From: Thermodesulfobacteriota bacterium
GTDB lineage: Bacteria; Desulfobacterota_D; UBA1144
NCBI GenBank assembly: GCA_029246845.1
Contig: JAQWMJ010000036.1
Span: 1-45,619, forward strand
Length of the DNA stretch: 45,619 nt
Direction of reading: 5' to 3'
The notes beneath the pieces are model-generated. The model saw nothing but the letters and a program-made list of their open reading frames with translations, made no database searches and was not told where the DNA came from. The position numbers and the translations under genes are program-made. Positions 9,318-19,640 of the stretch are shown piece after piece. Every line of letters begins with the position of its first letter. The first letter of the stretch is position 1.

Positions 9318-11230
9318 TGACAACTATGCAAGAAAAATTTCTTATAATAGAAAAAAATTCTAAAATCTATCTTGTTAGTCAATCTTCATATGATAAAAAA
9401 AGAAGAAGGTATCTTGTCTCAAAATATAGTGAAAATTCAATTTTTGAGATTTCTAATAAAGATATAATATTTTCTGAGGTTATACGCTTTGATGGAGCTT
9501 CCCAAGATTCAAAGAGCAAGTATGAACTTAAAGAGCTTTGGCTAGACCTAATCGAAAATGATAATGTAATTAATTTTGAAGTATTTATAAAAAAAGCAAT
9601 TAATTTCTTCAATATCACTTCATTGTTTGGATTAAATAGTATTACCTCATCTTTTAATGATGACTTCACTTATTTTAAGATATTAGATAGGAATAAAGTT
9701 TATTTGAATTCAGAATCTATAGTGACACGAATAGAATTGAGTCTATTAAACAAGAAAGAAAAAAAGTTTTTATATGATAGGTTTTTGAAGGACTTATCAT
9801 TAATGAAGTTGTGTGATTGGTCTGCTTATGAAAAACAAAGAGAAGAGATCATTGTTTATCTTTCTGGTGGCACTAAATATTCAAAATCCTTTTTAGAGTC
9901 TGTTAAGAAGGCTATTGGAATTGACAAGTTCAGCGAAATTGTCCCTCATCTTAAGTCTGTAGGCTTCTTTTCTGAAAACTTCGAGCCTTTGTATGAGTCT
10001 TTAAAGTTAGATAGTAGTTATTCTTATAATGAAAAAGATATAGATGATCTAGCTCCTACACAGGAAAAAACGAATCAAGAAATCTTAGATGCTTTTACTA
10101 TTGATGATAAGGGTAGCTATGATTTTGATGATGCGATAAGTATTAAGAAGGCTGATAATACTTACTTGTTATATGTTCACATAACTAACTTTAGTAATTT
10201 ATTTTCGAACAATTCAATTTACGCGAAAGATGCAAAAAGAATTATTAATACTATTTATACTCCATCAAGTCACTTCAATTTATATGATAGAAAACTTGTT
10301 GACTTAATGTCTTTAAAGGCCAATTCTGTTCGTCCTGTTTTGTCCATAAAATTCGAGCTGAAGGGCCTTGATATAGTAAGCTGTAAAATTGAGAAAAATA
10401 TTATCAAAGTTTCTAAGAATTTTACTTATGAAAAATTCGAATCTTTTATAGAAAAGAGTACTGATTATGCTTTTCTAAATAATTTTACTGAGAATTTAAA
10501 AATAGAAAGATTAAAAGAAGCAGACTTTAAGTTTTTTAATCAAGAAATCAATATTAAATTTAACAAAGAAAAAATGCTAGTTGTAAATCAAGTTAAAGAT
10601 CTCAAATCTAGGAGAATAATTTCTGAGCTAATGATAATTGCCAACCTATATTGTTCTAGATATTTTATTGCCAACGGGCTTCCAGGAATCTTTAGATCTC
10701 AAAAGAAATCAAATAATCTTGAGACAAGTATAATAGATGAGGATCCACCTTTTTGTTTCCACAGGAAAGTCTCACCTGTGGATGTATCGACTAGACCAGA
10801 GCCTCACAATGGACTAGGTATAGAGTCTTATATGCAGATTACATCACCCATTAGAAGATTTTTTGATTCAATTAACATGTGGCAGATATCATATTTTATT
10901 ACTGAAGGAAAAGCCCTTTATGATGAGAAAGAAATCCAGAAGATGTTAACAACAATGCTTCCACAGGTTGCAACAGTCAGAGAAAAGTCTAAAAAAGTTT
11001 TTAAGCTTTGGATTTTGAGATATTTAGAGCAAATAAGAGCTCAGAATATATCAGGATATGTTTATGCCTCACTAAAAGATAAATATATTATTTTTTTTAA
11101 TGAACTAAATTTTTTTGAAAGTATTGCTAAGGAAAAATGCCGAAATTTATATGAAAAAGATGATTTTATTGAGCTTTCTTTCGATTTTGTAGATATTCAG
11201 AATCTAGAGCTTGTCAATCTCAAAGATTAA
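9317..11230 (+). CDS. RNB-domain exoribonuclease (RNase II/R family)
   Basis: Catalytic motif TIDDKGSYDFDDAIS, plus ELMIIAN and HNGLG..YMQITSPIRR. The N-terminus is divergent. Confidence 0.85.
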   Translation: MTTMQEKFLIIEKNSKIYLVSQSSYDKKRRRYLVSKYSENSIFEISNKDIIFSEVIRFDGASQDSKSKYELKELWLDLIENDNVINFEVFIKKAINFFNITSLFGLNSITSSFNDDFTYFKILDRNKVYLNSESIVTRIELSLLNKKEKKFLYDRFLKDLSLMKLCDWSAYEKQREEIIVYLSGGTKYSKSFLESVKKAIGIDKFSEIVPHLKSVGFFSENFEPLYESLKLDSSYSYNEKDIDDLAPTQEKTNQEILDAFTIDDKGSYDFDDAISIKKADNTYLLYVHITNFSNLFSNNSIYAKDAKRIINTIYTPSSHFNLYDRKLVDLMSLKANSVRPVLSIKFELKGLDIVSCKIEKNIIKVSKNFTYEKFESFIEKSTDYAFLNNFTENLKIERLKEADFKFFNQEINIKFNKEKMLVVNQVKDLKSRRIISELMIIANLYCSRYFIANGLPGIFRSQKKSNNLETSIIDEDPPFCFHRKVSPVDVSTRPEPHNGLGIESYMQITSPIRRFFDSINMWQISYFITEGKALYDEKEIQKMLTTMLPQVATVREKSKKVFKLWILRYLEQIRAQNISGYVYASLKDKYIIFFNELNFFESIAKEKCRNLYEKDDFIELSFDFVDIQNLELVNLKD

Positions 11231-11353
11231 ATTTATATTTTTAGTATTGTTTTATCTTTTTTTCATTGCCTATTTTGTGTATAATAGTTAATCAATATTC
11301 ACCGTAAAAATAATTTCTAAATTTAATTTTGGTGAACATCTAGGAGGCATGTT

Positions 11354-12631
11354 TTGTCCGAAGTATTAACAATAACCGATAGTAGAACTAATAAAGAATA
11401 TAAGGTCGAAATCCATGATGGTAACATAAGAGCCAAAGACCTGAGACAAATTAAAGTTAATGAAGAAGAATTTGGTATGATGAGTTATGATCCATCATTT
11501 GAAAATACAGCCTCTTGTAAAAGTAGCGTAACTTATATTGATGGCGACGCAGGAATTCTGAGATACAGGGGATATCCTATAGAGCAATTAGCAGAAAGTA
11601 GTAGTCAATTAGAAGTTTCAAAGCTTCTTATCGATGGTGAGCTACCTAGTAAAGAAGAACTTTCTAAATGGATTAGTGATGTAAAAGAACATAATTCTGT
11701 TCCAGAAGAAATTAATAACATTATAAAAGCTTTCCCTGTTAGCTCACATGCGATGGGAGCTTTGACAAGTTTGGAAGCAGCACTTTCAACCTTTTATCCA
11801 AATTCAAAAAATATAACTGACGAAGATGAAAATTATAAAAGTATATGTCGTCTGATGGCACAAGTACCTATACTTGCTGCTAATTTTTATAGACATTCTC
11901 AAGGACTTTCGTTTATTGCTCCTGATAATTCCTTAGACTATTCAGAAAATTTCTTAAATATGATGTTCGAAGGTGATAATAAAAAAATGCATCCAGATTT
12001 GGTTAGCGCTATGGATACATTATTAATTCTCCATGCTGATCATGAGCAAAATTGCAGTGCAAGTGTTATGAGAAATGTTGGGAGTTCAGAGCCTGACCCT
12101 TTTTCAGCAGTATCTGCCGCAACAGCAGCTTTATATGGTCCCTTACATGGAGGAGCAAATGAGGCAGTTCTTCAGATGTTGACTGAAATTGGTTCTGTTG
12201 AAAATATTCCTGCTTTTATGGACAAGGTGAAGAAGAAAGAAGTTAAATTGATGGGTTTTGGACATAGAGTTTACAAGGCTTATGATCCAAGAGCTAAATA
12301 TCTTAAAGAAGCAGCCGATAAAGTCTTTAATGTCACGGGAACAAATCCTTTGCTGGATATAGCTTTAGAACTTGAATCAATTGCATTAAATGAAGACTAT
12401 TTTGTTGCTAGAAATTTATACCCTAATGTGGATTTCTATTCTGGTCTAATTTACGAGAGTATGGGTATACCCAAGGACATGTTTACCGTATTGTTTACAA
12501 TTGGTAGGACACCAGGTTGGTTAGCTCAGTGGAAAGAACTATTGGCAGATAAAGACCAAAAAATTGCTAGGCCCAGACAAGTTTATACTGGCTATGATTC
12601 TAGAGACTATGTAAATATGGAAAGTAGGTAG
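11354..12631 (+). CDS. gltA: citrate synthase
   Basis: Motifs LRYRGYPIE, HADHEQNCS, GPLHGGANE, MGFGHRVYK, YPNVDFYSG. TTG start 6 nt after AGGAGG (11342-11347). Confidence 0.98.
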   Translation: MSEVLTITDSRTNKEYKVEIHDGNIRAKDLRQIKVNEEEFGMMSYDPSFENTASCKSSVTYIDGDAGILRYRGYPIEQLAESSSQLEVSKLLIDGELPSKEELSKWISDVKEHNSVPEEINNIIKAFPVSSHAMGALTSLEAALSTFYPNSKNITDEDENYKSICRLMAQVPILAANFYRHSQGLSFIAPDNSLDYSENFLNMMFEGDNKKMHPDLVSAMDTLLILHADHEQNCSASVMRNVGSSEPDPFSAVSAATAALYGPLHGGANEAVLQMLTEIGSVENIPAFMDKVKKKEVKLMGFGHRVYKAYDPRAKYLKEAADKVFNVTGTNPLLDIALELESIALNEDYFVARNLYPNVDFYSGLIYESMGIPKDMFTVLFTIGRTPGWLAQWKELLADKDQKIARPRQVYTGYDSRDYVNMESR

Positions 12632-12655
12632 TTTATAGTTTATCTCTATATTAAT

Positions 12656-14050
12656 TTATAGGATCTGCGTCAATAAGTTGGGATTTAATCCTAATGCGAT
12701 TGTAAATACTATACATATCAATATTAGAATCTTATTTATAGTGTTGGCACTGAAGTTAGAGGTCTGATTTATTGCTTTGTCATCAAAAATAGCTCTTATA
12801 ATTCTTATGTAGTAATAAAATGAAATTCCTGCACCAATTAATATCACAATTGGGAGAAGTAGGCCAAATGATTTGAAAGATATAATTGCCACATTAAACT
12901 TACCCCAAAAACCGGCAAACAAAGGAACTCCTGCTAAAGATAGAAGGAAGCTTGTAAGTGTGATTGCAATGAAAGGAGAGTTCTTATATAAGCCTTTTAA
13001 GTCATTTACTACAAAGTCTTTATCAACTTTTGGTAATGAATTTAGACAAATAAAAAGACCAACATTAGAAAAAATATAAAAAGAGAAATATAAAATTAGA
13101 AATTCTGATGTAATAGGTAATGGACTAATAATAAATATTAACATTATTCCTGCGTGAGGAATTCCAGAGTATGCAAGAAGTCTAAAAAGCTTATCCTGTT
13201 TAACACTTAAAATCGAACCAAATATAATTGAAATTATTATCAATATGGAGATTATATTTATAACTTGAAAATTTGCTTCTGAATTATATAAATTCTGAAA
13301 AAAGAAGAATAGAAAGCCTATTATAGCAATCTTGGGAATCGTACTTAAGAAAGGCAGAATGTTCATTGGTGCTGATTCATAAGTATCTGAAACCCAAAAA
13401 TGTAAAGGATAGAGAGCACATTTAAAACATATAGTAATTAAGATAAAAATAGTACTTAAAATTATTATTACATCTTTTGTTTCCCAGAGTATGTCAACAA
13501 AATAGGTGCTTCCTGATAAAGAATAGAACAGGACAGCAGAGAATATCATAAAAACAGTTGACAGAGTACCGAAAAAGAATAGTTTTGTAGCTGCTTCAAT
13601 AGATTTTCCTGAGTTTGGGCCCATAGCGGAAATTAAATATATTGGAATACTTAATATTTCAAAAGCGATTATCAAAGTTAGAAATTCTCTAGATGAAACT
13701 ACTATCATTCCACCCACCAGTGATAACACCAAAAGAAAACAGTATTCATTGAAGAATTCTTTAAATTGTTCTGTTTTCGAATTGGATACTAAAAGTAGGC
13801 TCAGAAGTGTCCCAGAAACAAGTAAGATCTTAATTTTGTCAGTCAATGAGTTGTTTTCAAAAGTATTATTTAGATAAAAGCCCTCAGGATTTGCTGTTGC
13901 AAGTAAAGATATCGAAACAATTGATCCTATAATTAAAAGGATTTTATTTGTAATCCTTTTATCTTTTTGATCTATGATAGAATTGAAAAGCAAAGTGAAT
14001 GACATAAGTATTAAAACTATTTCAGGTAGTAAAAATTTTATTTGATCCAT
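12656..14050 (-). CDS. nuoN: NADH-quinone oxidoreductase subunit N
   Basis: Antiporter-like: FEILSIPIY, FKCALYPLHFWVSDTYE, LLAYSGIPH, SLAGVPLFAGFWGK. Last gene of the nuo operon. Confidence 0.92.
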   Translation of the reverse strand: MDQIKFLLPEIVLILMSFTLLFNSIIDQKDKRITNKILLIIGSIVSISLLATANPEGFYLNNTFENNSLTDKIKILLVSGTLLSLLLVSNSKTEQFKEFFNEYCFLLVLSLVGGMIVVSSREFLTLIIAFEILSIPIYLISAMGPNSGKSIEAATKLFFFGTLSTVFMIFSAVLFYSLSGSTYFVDILWETKDVIIILSTIFILITICFKCALYPLHFWVSDTYESAPMNILPFLSTIPKIAIIGFLFFFFQNLYNSEANFQVINIISILIIISIIFGSILSVKQDKLFRLLAYSGIPHAGIMLIFIISPLPITSEFLILYFSFYIFSNVGLFICLNSLPKVDKDFVVNDLKGLYKNSPFIAITLTSFLLSLAGVPLFAGFWGKFNVAIISFKSFGLLLPIVILIGAGISFYYYIRIIRAIFDDKAINQTSNFSANTINKILILICIVFTIALGLNPNLLTQIL

Positions 14051-14053
14051 ATT

Positions 14054-15562
14054 CTAAACTCCGAGAATTATCTTGGCTGACTCTCCATTTATGAAATTTA
14101 AAAAGAAATTAGGAAATATTCCAATACTAACAATAGTTAGTATAAGAATAAAGCATATTAATTTTTCATCATAAGATATTGTTGAAATAGATTCTTTGCC
14201 TTGAACATATTTAAGACATATTTTTTTAACTGTTCTAAACATATATAGAGTCGTTATAAATATTCCAGCTAAGGGTACTATTATTAAAATAAAGTTACCC
14301 GACTGAGCGACGCTACTTATTATAAGAAATTCTGCAATAAAACCACTAGTCAATGGAAAACCTATACTGGCAAATGCCGAAAATATAAAAATTTTTGATA
14401 TTAATGGTGAGTTATCTGACAAAGAATTAAGCTCTTTTATTGACCTTGTACCCTTTAAGTTAAATATCAAACCAACTGAAAAGAAAAGTAAGCAGATTAT
14501 TAATCCGTGTGAAACCGTCTGCATGATAGCAGAGCTTAGACCTATTTCGTTATTCATTGCTAGAGCAAGGAATATATAGCCTATATGAGAAAGTGATGCA
14601 TAAGCTGCCAGATATTTAAGATCATCTTGCATCATTGCTGTGAATGCACCGTAAATTATATTTATGGAAGCCAATATTATAAACAAATTTGAATACTCAT
14701 TAAACATTGTGCTAAAAATTGTTATTATTACTTTTATAAAACCTATCACCCCAATTTTCATTAATATGCCAGCAAAGATAATAGAACCTGCTGTTGGAGC
14801 AGTTCCATGACCATCTGGTGCCCAAGTGTGCAAAGGCCACAAAGCAGAATGTGAACCAAATCCTAAGACTAATAAAAAGAAAGCAAGGTATAAATCTTTA
14901 GACATATTAAGGGTATTTTTGTTAAGTATTTCATTTATAGAAAAAGTCCCCTCACTTATTCCAAGAATTGCTAGACCCAAGAATATCAAAAGTGATCCTG
15001 TAAGTAGGTAGAGAGTTATCTTGTAAGCACCATAAGACTTTGTACCAACTGACAAACTTGAAAGTATCCTTTTGAAGGGACCTGAGATTTCCCTTTTTAA
15101 GTCGTATCCCCAATTTGTAATCATCAAAAACATTGGAACAACTGCTACTTCATAAAATAAAAAGAATATGAACAAATCATCAGCAATTATCAAACCATAG
15201 ATGCCAATTGAGATAATTAAAATCAATGTATTTATTTGATTTAATCGTTTTTTAATTTTATAAGTAGAAAAAAGTGCAGTTGTTATAGTTATATTTGAAA
15301 GTATAAGGAGAACTATAGAAATTTTTGTAATTGAAAAAGTCATATTTATTCCCAAGGAAGCAAATATTGGATAAAGATTTATGTAATCAAAATAGCTAGA
15401 AACCGTTAATAAATTATTCGAGCCAGAGTAAAGAAGTATTATAATTAAAGTAAATAGAGATCCTATCAATGGAACAGTCTTTGTTACTATTGAATATTTG
15501 TTGAAAATATTAATAATAATTATTGGTAACAGTGGAAGAACTAGAATTGATAGTAAAAACAT
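14054..15562 (-). CDS. nuoM: NADH-quinone oxidoreductase subunit M
   Basis: Motifs FFLFYEVAVVPMF, PLHTWAPDGH, AGILMKIG, AYASLSHIG, GFPLTSGFIAEF. Confidence 0.92.
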   Translation of the reverse strand: MFLLSILVLPLLPIIIINIFNKYSIVTKTVPLIGSLFTLIIILLYSGSNNLLTVSSYFDYINLYPIFASLGINMTFSITKISIVLLILSNITITTALFSTYKIKKRLNQINTLILIISIGIYGLIIADDLFIFFLFYEVAVVPMFLMITNWGYDLKREISGPFKRILSSLSVGTKSYGAYKITLYLLTGSLLIFLGLAILGISEGTFSINEILNKNTLNMSKDLYLAFFLLVLGFGSHSALWPLHTWAPDGHGTAPTAGSIIFAGILMKIGVIGFIKVIITIFSTMFNEYSNLFIILASINIIYGAFTAMMQDDLKYLAAYASLSHIGYIFLALAMNNEIGLSSAIMQTVSHGLIICLLFFSVGLIFNLKGTRSIKELNSLSDNSPLISKIFIFSAFASIGFPLTSGFIAEFLIISSVAQSGNFILIIVPLAGIFITTLYMFRTVKKICLKYVQGKESISTISYDEKLICFILILTIVSIGIFPNFFLNFINGESAKIILGV

Positions 15563-17358
15563 TATTTCAGCTCCCCAATGATTAAAAAGTTATCTATTAT
15601 AGTCATAGCTAATATCAACACTATGAAAAAGACAACAGCTGTAACAGCATATGATTTAGCTTGCCCATCTTGAATTTTCATTAATTTCTTCGAATAATAG
15701 ATTATTTTAAAAGGTACATAATTAATTAGGCCATCAATTATATTCCTATCAAACCAAGCAATAAATTCTGAGGTAGATTTAAATACTTTTTCATAAATCT
15801 CAGTATAAATAGAATCAATTTTAAATAAATCTGCAGATGAGACTTTAAACTGGTTAAGGCTTGTGACAATATTAAGTTTTTTAATATTGTAAAAATAAAA
15901 GATAAATATAGTTAGAGCTTGTAAGGTCAATATCCCTCCAATAGAATGTGGGACTTTGGTTATATAGATACTATCTTGAAATAAACTCATAGTAAAAGGT
16001 CCTGCCAAAGATAAAAGAGCCAATAAAACTAGAGGGATTAAAAATTTAGAATTTATTTTATGCTCAGAATCATTAGACAAATTAAAATCAATTAAACCAA
16101 AGAATATTCTAGCTGAATAAAGACATGTGAAGATAATTCCAATTAGCATTGCGAAACTAGCAATATAAAGCTCTTTGTTTATCAAACTAAAAATTATATA
16201 TTCCTTAGAGAAAGACCCAGTAAAAAAATAAATAGAACTAAGTGAACAGCAAGCAATTATTAAGACAAACCCCATAGTTGATTTTAATTTAATTGAACCC
16301 TTTAATAACTCCAATTTTGAAGTTCCGACCAAAGTAATTACAGCACCTGCATATAAAAAAAGAAGAGACTTGAAGAAGCTATGACTAAACATATGAAAGT
16401 AGGCAAGGTCAGGTTTTTTAATTCCTATTGCTAAAAACATTAATCCAATGTGAGAAATAGTTGAATAAGCAAGTATTTTCTTTAAGTCTTCCTCAAAAAA
16501 TGCGACTATTGCACCTCCAACACCTGAGATAGTCCCAATTATAATAATAAAGTTTAGGGCTAATTCGTTGTAGGAAATTGATGGATAAAGCTTAAAAAGA
16601 AGAAGAATACCAGCAACAACCATAGTGGCTGAATGAATAAGTGATGAAACTGGTGTAGGGCCTTTCATCGCCTTTGGTAGCCATATATTAAAAGGAAATT
16701 GCGCTGATTTAGAAAAGACACCAATGATTATAAGCAATAAAGGAAGATTGATATTGTACTTCTTACTTTCGACTCCTATATTAATTGAATCAATACTAAG
16801 CGTTCCAGATATTGTGAAAATCAAAATTATTCCAGCAAGAAAGAAAAGATCTCCAAATCTGGTAATCCAGAAAGCTATAGTAGAAGACCTTATGGCTTCT
16901 GAGTCTTTGTTCCAAAATCCAATTAAAAAGTAAGAGGATAGTCCTAATATCTCCCAGAATATAAAGCTGCTAAATAAATCATTAGATAAAGTAAAAAGAA
17001 ACATTGAAGTTATGAATATTGTTAAAAAGAGAAAGTATCTAGCATGGGCTCTTTTATCTTCAGATTCTATAAATTTAGATGAATAATAAAGAACTAATCC
17101 AGAAACAAATAAGACAACTTTGGACATAAGAGTATATTCTTGTATAAAATTAAATAATATATTTATCTGATTACCATTAATATTTAAAAAAGATATTGTT
17201 AACTGGCCTGAGTCTGTGTTTAGAAAAAGAGCTAGTAATATAATTGAATAAAGCGTTATAGGTACTATATAGTTAAGAGTTTTACTAGAATTAGAAATTT
17301 TACTCAGCATAATTGATAGAATAGGGAGGAGTGATAATAATATTAAGTTCTGACTCAT
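15562..17358 (-). CDS. nuoL: NADH-quinone oxidoreductase subunit L
   Basis: Motifs WEILGLSSYFLIGFW, KSAQFPFNIWLPKAMKGPTPVSSLIHSATMV, HSFFKSLLFL; C-terminal lateral helix region (FDRNIIDG). Confidence 0.95.
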   Translation of the reverse strand: MSQNLILLSLLPILSIMLSKISNSSKTLNYIVPITLYSIILLALFLNTDSGQLTISFLNINGNQINILFNFIQEYTLMSKVVLFVSGLVLYYSSKFIESEDKRAHARYFLFLTIFITSMFLFTLSNDLFSSFIFWEILGLSSYFLIGFWNKDSEAIRSSTIAFWITRFGDLFFLAGIILIFTISGTLSIDSINIGVESKKYNINLPLLLIIIGVFSKSAQFPFNIWLPKAMKGPTPVSSLIHSATMVVAGILLLFKLYPSISYNELALNFIIIIGTISGVGGAIVAFFEEDLKKILAYSTISHIGLMFLAIGIKKPDLAYFHMFSHSFFKSLLFLYAGAVITLVGTSKLELLKGSIKLKSTMGFVLIIACCSLSSIYFFTGSFSKEYIIFSLINKELYIASFAMLIGIIFTCLYSARIFFGLIDFNLSNDSEHKINSKFLIPLVLLALLSLAGPFTMSLFQDSIYITKVPHSIGGILTLQALTIFIFYFYNIKKLNIVTSLNQFKVSSADLFKIDSIYTEIYEKVFKSTSEFIAWFDRNIIDGLINYVPFKIIYYSKKLMKIQDGQAKSYAVTAVVFFIVLILAMTIIDNFLIIGELK

Positions 17359-17361
17359 TTT

Positions 17362-17661
17362 TTACTCGTCTCTCAGCCTATTTAAGTCATTCATATCTAT
17401 GGTTCTATTGATTCTTTGATTTAATAAGAAGATTGCCAACCCAATGGCCACCTCACATGCAGTTATAACTAATATAAATAGGATAAATACATTAGCAATA
17501 TCATTAGAGTAAGATTTAGATACAGTAATAAACAAAAGATTTATTCCATTCAGAAATAACTCTATACCAATCAAAATAGATAAAATATGCTTCTTGCTCA
17601 AAAGCATAAAGATTCCTATGCTACTAATTAATAGTGAGGTGTAAACTAAAGTCATAAACAT
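17362..17661 (-). CDS. nuoK: NADH-quinone oxidoreductase subunit K
   Basis: 3 TM segments; motifs IELFLNG and ACEVAIGLA. Confidence 0.94.
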   Translation of the reverse strand: MFMTLVYTSLLISSIGIFMLLSKKHILSILIGIELFLNGINLLFITVSKSYSNDIANVFILFILVITACEVAIGLAIFLLNQRINRTIDMNDLNRLRDE

Positions 17662-17663
17662 TT

Positions 17664-18173
17664 TTAGTCCACCTCCTTTCTAAATTTTAAAAGAGTTAAA
17701 CATCCAACTATTGTTGCCAAGAGTAGTATTGATGATAGCTCAAGGACAAATATCCAATCATTGAATAGCGATGAACTGATTTTCTGAGCTGATGTAATCT
17801 CACTTAAATTAAAGTTTGCTTCTAAATTTGAAAAAGTTTCTGAAGTTGATATTAAATAGCTTGTGGTTAGGAAGAAAAAGAAAGCTATTAATACTGCCGT
17901 AACAGGTCTGTAAAAGGTTTCACCGAGATCGTTATAATCCCAGTCTCCCGTAAGAAAAATTGAAAAAAGAAATAAAATTAATGTTCCACCGGTATAAAGG
18001 AGAATCTGTATTACACCTAACAAGTTTGATCCAACCAACATAAAGATAAAAGCAATTATAAAAAGGGTTATACCAAAAAAGAACGTAGAGCGGATAATCT
18101 TAGAACTAAGGCAAGTAGTTAATGCTGTACCTATTGCAAGAACGCAAAATATGCTTACTAGTATTTCAATCAT
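17664..18173 (-). CDS. nuoJ: NADH-quinone oxidoreductase subunit J
   Basis: Motifs QILLYTGG and ELSSILLL; position in the operon. Confidence 0.92.
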   Translation of the reverse strand: MIEILVSIFCVLAIGTALTTCLSSKIIRSTFFFGITLFIIAFIFMLVGSNLLGVIQILLYTGGTLILFLFSIFLTGDWDYNDLGETFYRPVTAVLIAFFFFLTTSYLISTSETFSNLEANFNLSEITSAQKISSSLFNDWIFVLELSSILLLATIVGCLTLLKFRKEVD

Positions 18174-18664
18174 TTCTTGTCTCCTAAGTTTGGAGTATGG
18201 CTTTCTTGCAAAATGCTGCCCTTAGCCCAAGACTCCTCATACTTTTCAGCATTTCTCATCATCTTGGTCTTAGTTAAGAAAAAATCACTTCTAGATGTTG
18301 AAGGCTTTGCCGCTTCCTTCATCATTATAATTGCATCAACTGGGCAAACTTGAACACAAAGCTCACATTGGATACAGCTTTGAAGGTCTAAATTAAACTT
18401 TTTAGCCCACCCTCTACCATCTCTCTTCTCAATATCAATCTCGATAATTTGGGAAGGACAAATCTTTTCACATAACTTACATGCGATACAGTTCTCCTCA
18501 CCAGTTTCTTCATTTGATGTAAGTCCAAAAGTGCCAATTCTTAGCTTGTCAGGGAACACTCTTCTTTCCTCAGGGTATTTAATCGTAACAGCGGGTTTAG
18601 TTACGTTACTCAAAGTAAAGAAAAGATTTCTATATATATTTTTAACAATTTTTATCAATTTCAT
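18170..18664 (-). CDS. nuoI: NADH-quinone oxidoreductase subunit I (2x[4Fe-4S])
   Basis: TIKYPEE, CIACKLCEKICP and CIQCELCVQVCP. Confidence 0.95.
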   Translation of the reverse strand: MKLIKIVKNIYRNLFFTLSNVTKPAVTIKYPEERRVFPDKLRIGTFGLTSNEETGEENCIACKLCEKICPSQIIEIDIEKRDGRGWAKKFNLDLQSCIQCELCVQVCPVDAIIMMKEAAKPSTSRSDFFLTKTKMMRNAEKYEESWAKGSILQESHTPNLGDKK

Positions 18665-18665
18665 T

Positions 18666-19640
18666 TCAATTAAAATCCATATAATATTTTACTATGCAAG
18701 CTAGCAATAACCCAGTAAACGATAATGGTATTAGTTTTATCCAGTTAAACTTTAACAATTGGTCGATCCTAATTCTGAAGAAACTCCACCTTATAAATAA
18801 TATTAGGGTGAAGAAAAGCAAAGCTTTTATAACTATCATTATATTCCCGGAAAAGAAAGGCCCATTTGATCCACCAAAGAAAATTATTGAACCCAGAACA
18901 CAGATTCCAAAAAGGTGAACATATTCAGCTAAATAGAATAAAGCAAATTTAATACCAGAATACTCAGTTGTATAACCAGATATAAGCTCAGACTCAGCCT
19001 CTGATAAATCAAATGGAATCCTGTTCCCCTCAGCTAATGCGGAGATCATAAAAATAATAAAGCTAACTTGACCAAGAATAGGATAAAATATTATCCAAAC
19101 ATCTTCTTGGAATCTTATAATTTCACCAAAGCTAAGGCTTCCTATTAAAATGCAAGGGATAAGTAGTGATATTATTAGTGGAATTTCATAGGAAATTATT
19201 TGAGCAGTCATTCTTAGAACTGATATCAGTGCATATTTATTATTAGATGACCACCCTGCAACAAAAATGCCAATTATTATCAATGAACTAATTGCAATAA
19301 AGAGCATCAAACTAAGGTCAACATTTAGCATAGGATTTTCAAAATAAAAAGGAAGAAGAGCAAAAGATGCAAGGCTAACTACCATTATCCAAATAGGACC
19401 AAAATTGAAAAGTAGTGAGTCAGAATTTTTTGGTATTGCGTCATCTTTAGTCATTAGTTTTAGCGCATCTGCAAGTGGTTGAAGCCAACCATGAGGATAG
19501 CCTACACTGTAAGGCCCCACTCTTGACTGCATTTTAGCCGCAACTTTTCTTTCAAGCCATACTAAATAGGCAACTATAAGAATTAAAATTGAAATAGTTT
19601 TGAATATTGGTGTAGCAAAGATGATAAATGAATCTAGCAT
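18666..19640 (-). CDS. nuoH: NADH-quinone oxidoreductase subunit H
   Basis: Motifs ERKVAAKMQSRVGP, QPLADALKL, NRIPFDLSEAESEL, EYSG. Confidence 0.96.
   Translation of the reverse strand: MLDSFIIFATPIFKTISILILIVAYLVWLERKVAAKMQSRVGPYSVGYPHGWLQPLADALKLMTKDDAIPKNSDSLLFNFGPIWIMVVSLASFALLPFYFENPMLNVDLSLMLFIAISSLIIIGIFVAGWSSNNKYALISVLRMTAQIISYEIPLIISLLIPCILIGSLSFGEIIRFQEDVWIIFYPILGQVSFIIFMISALAEGNRIPFDLSEAESELISGYTTEYSGIKFALFYLAEYVHLFGICVLGSIIFFGGSNGPFFSGNIMIVIKALLFFTLILFIRWSFFRIRIDQLLKFNWIKLIPLSFTGLLLACIVKYYMDFN

Noticed and set aside
11349-11369. Out-of-frame mini-ORF MFCPKY* overlapping the gltA start
   Set aside because: Its ATG is only 1 nt from the AGGAGG; the spacing favours the gltA TTG.
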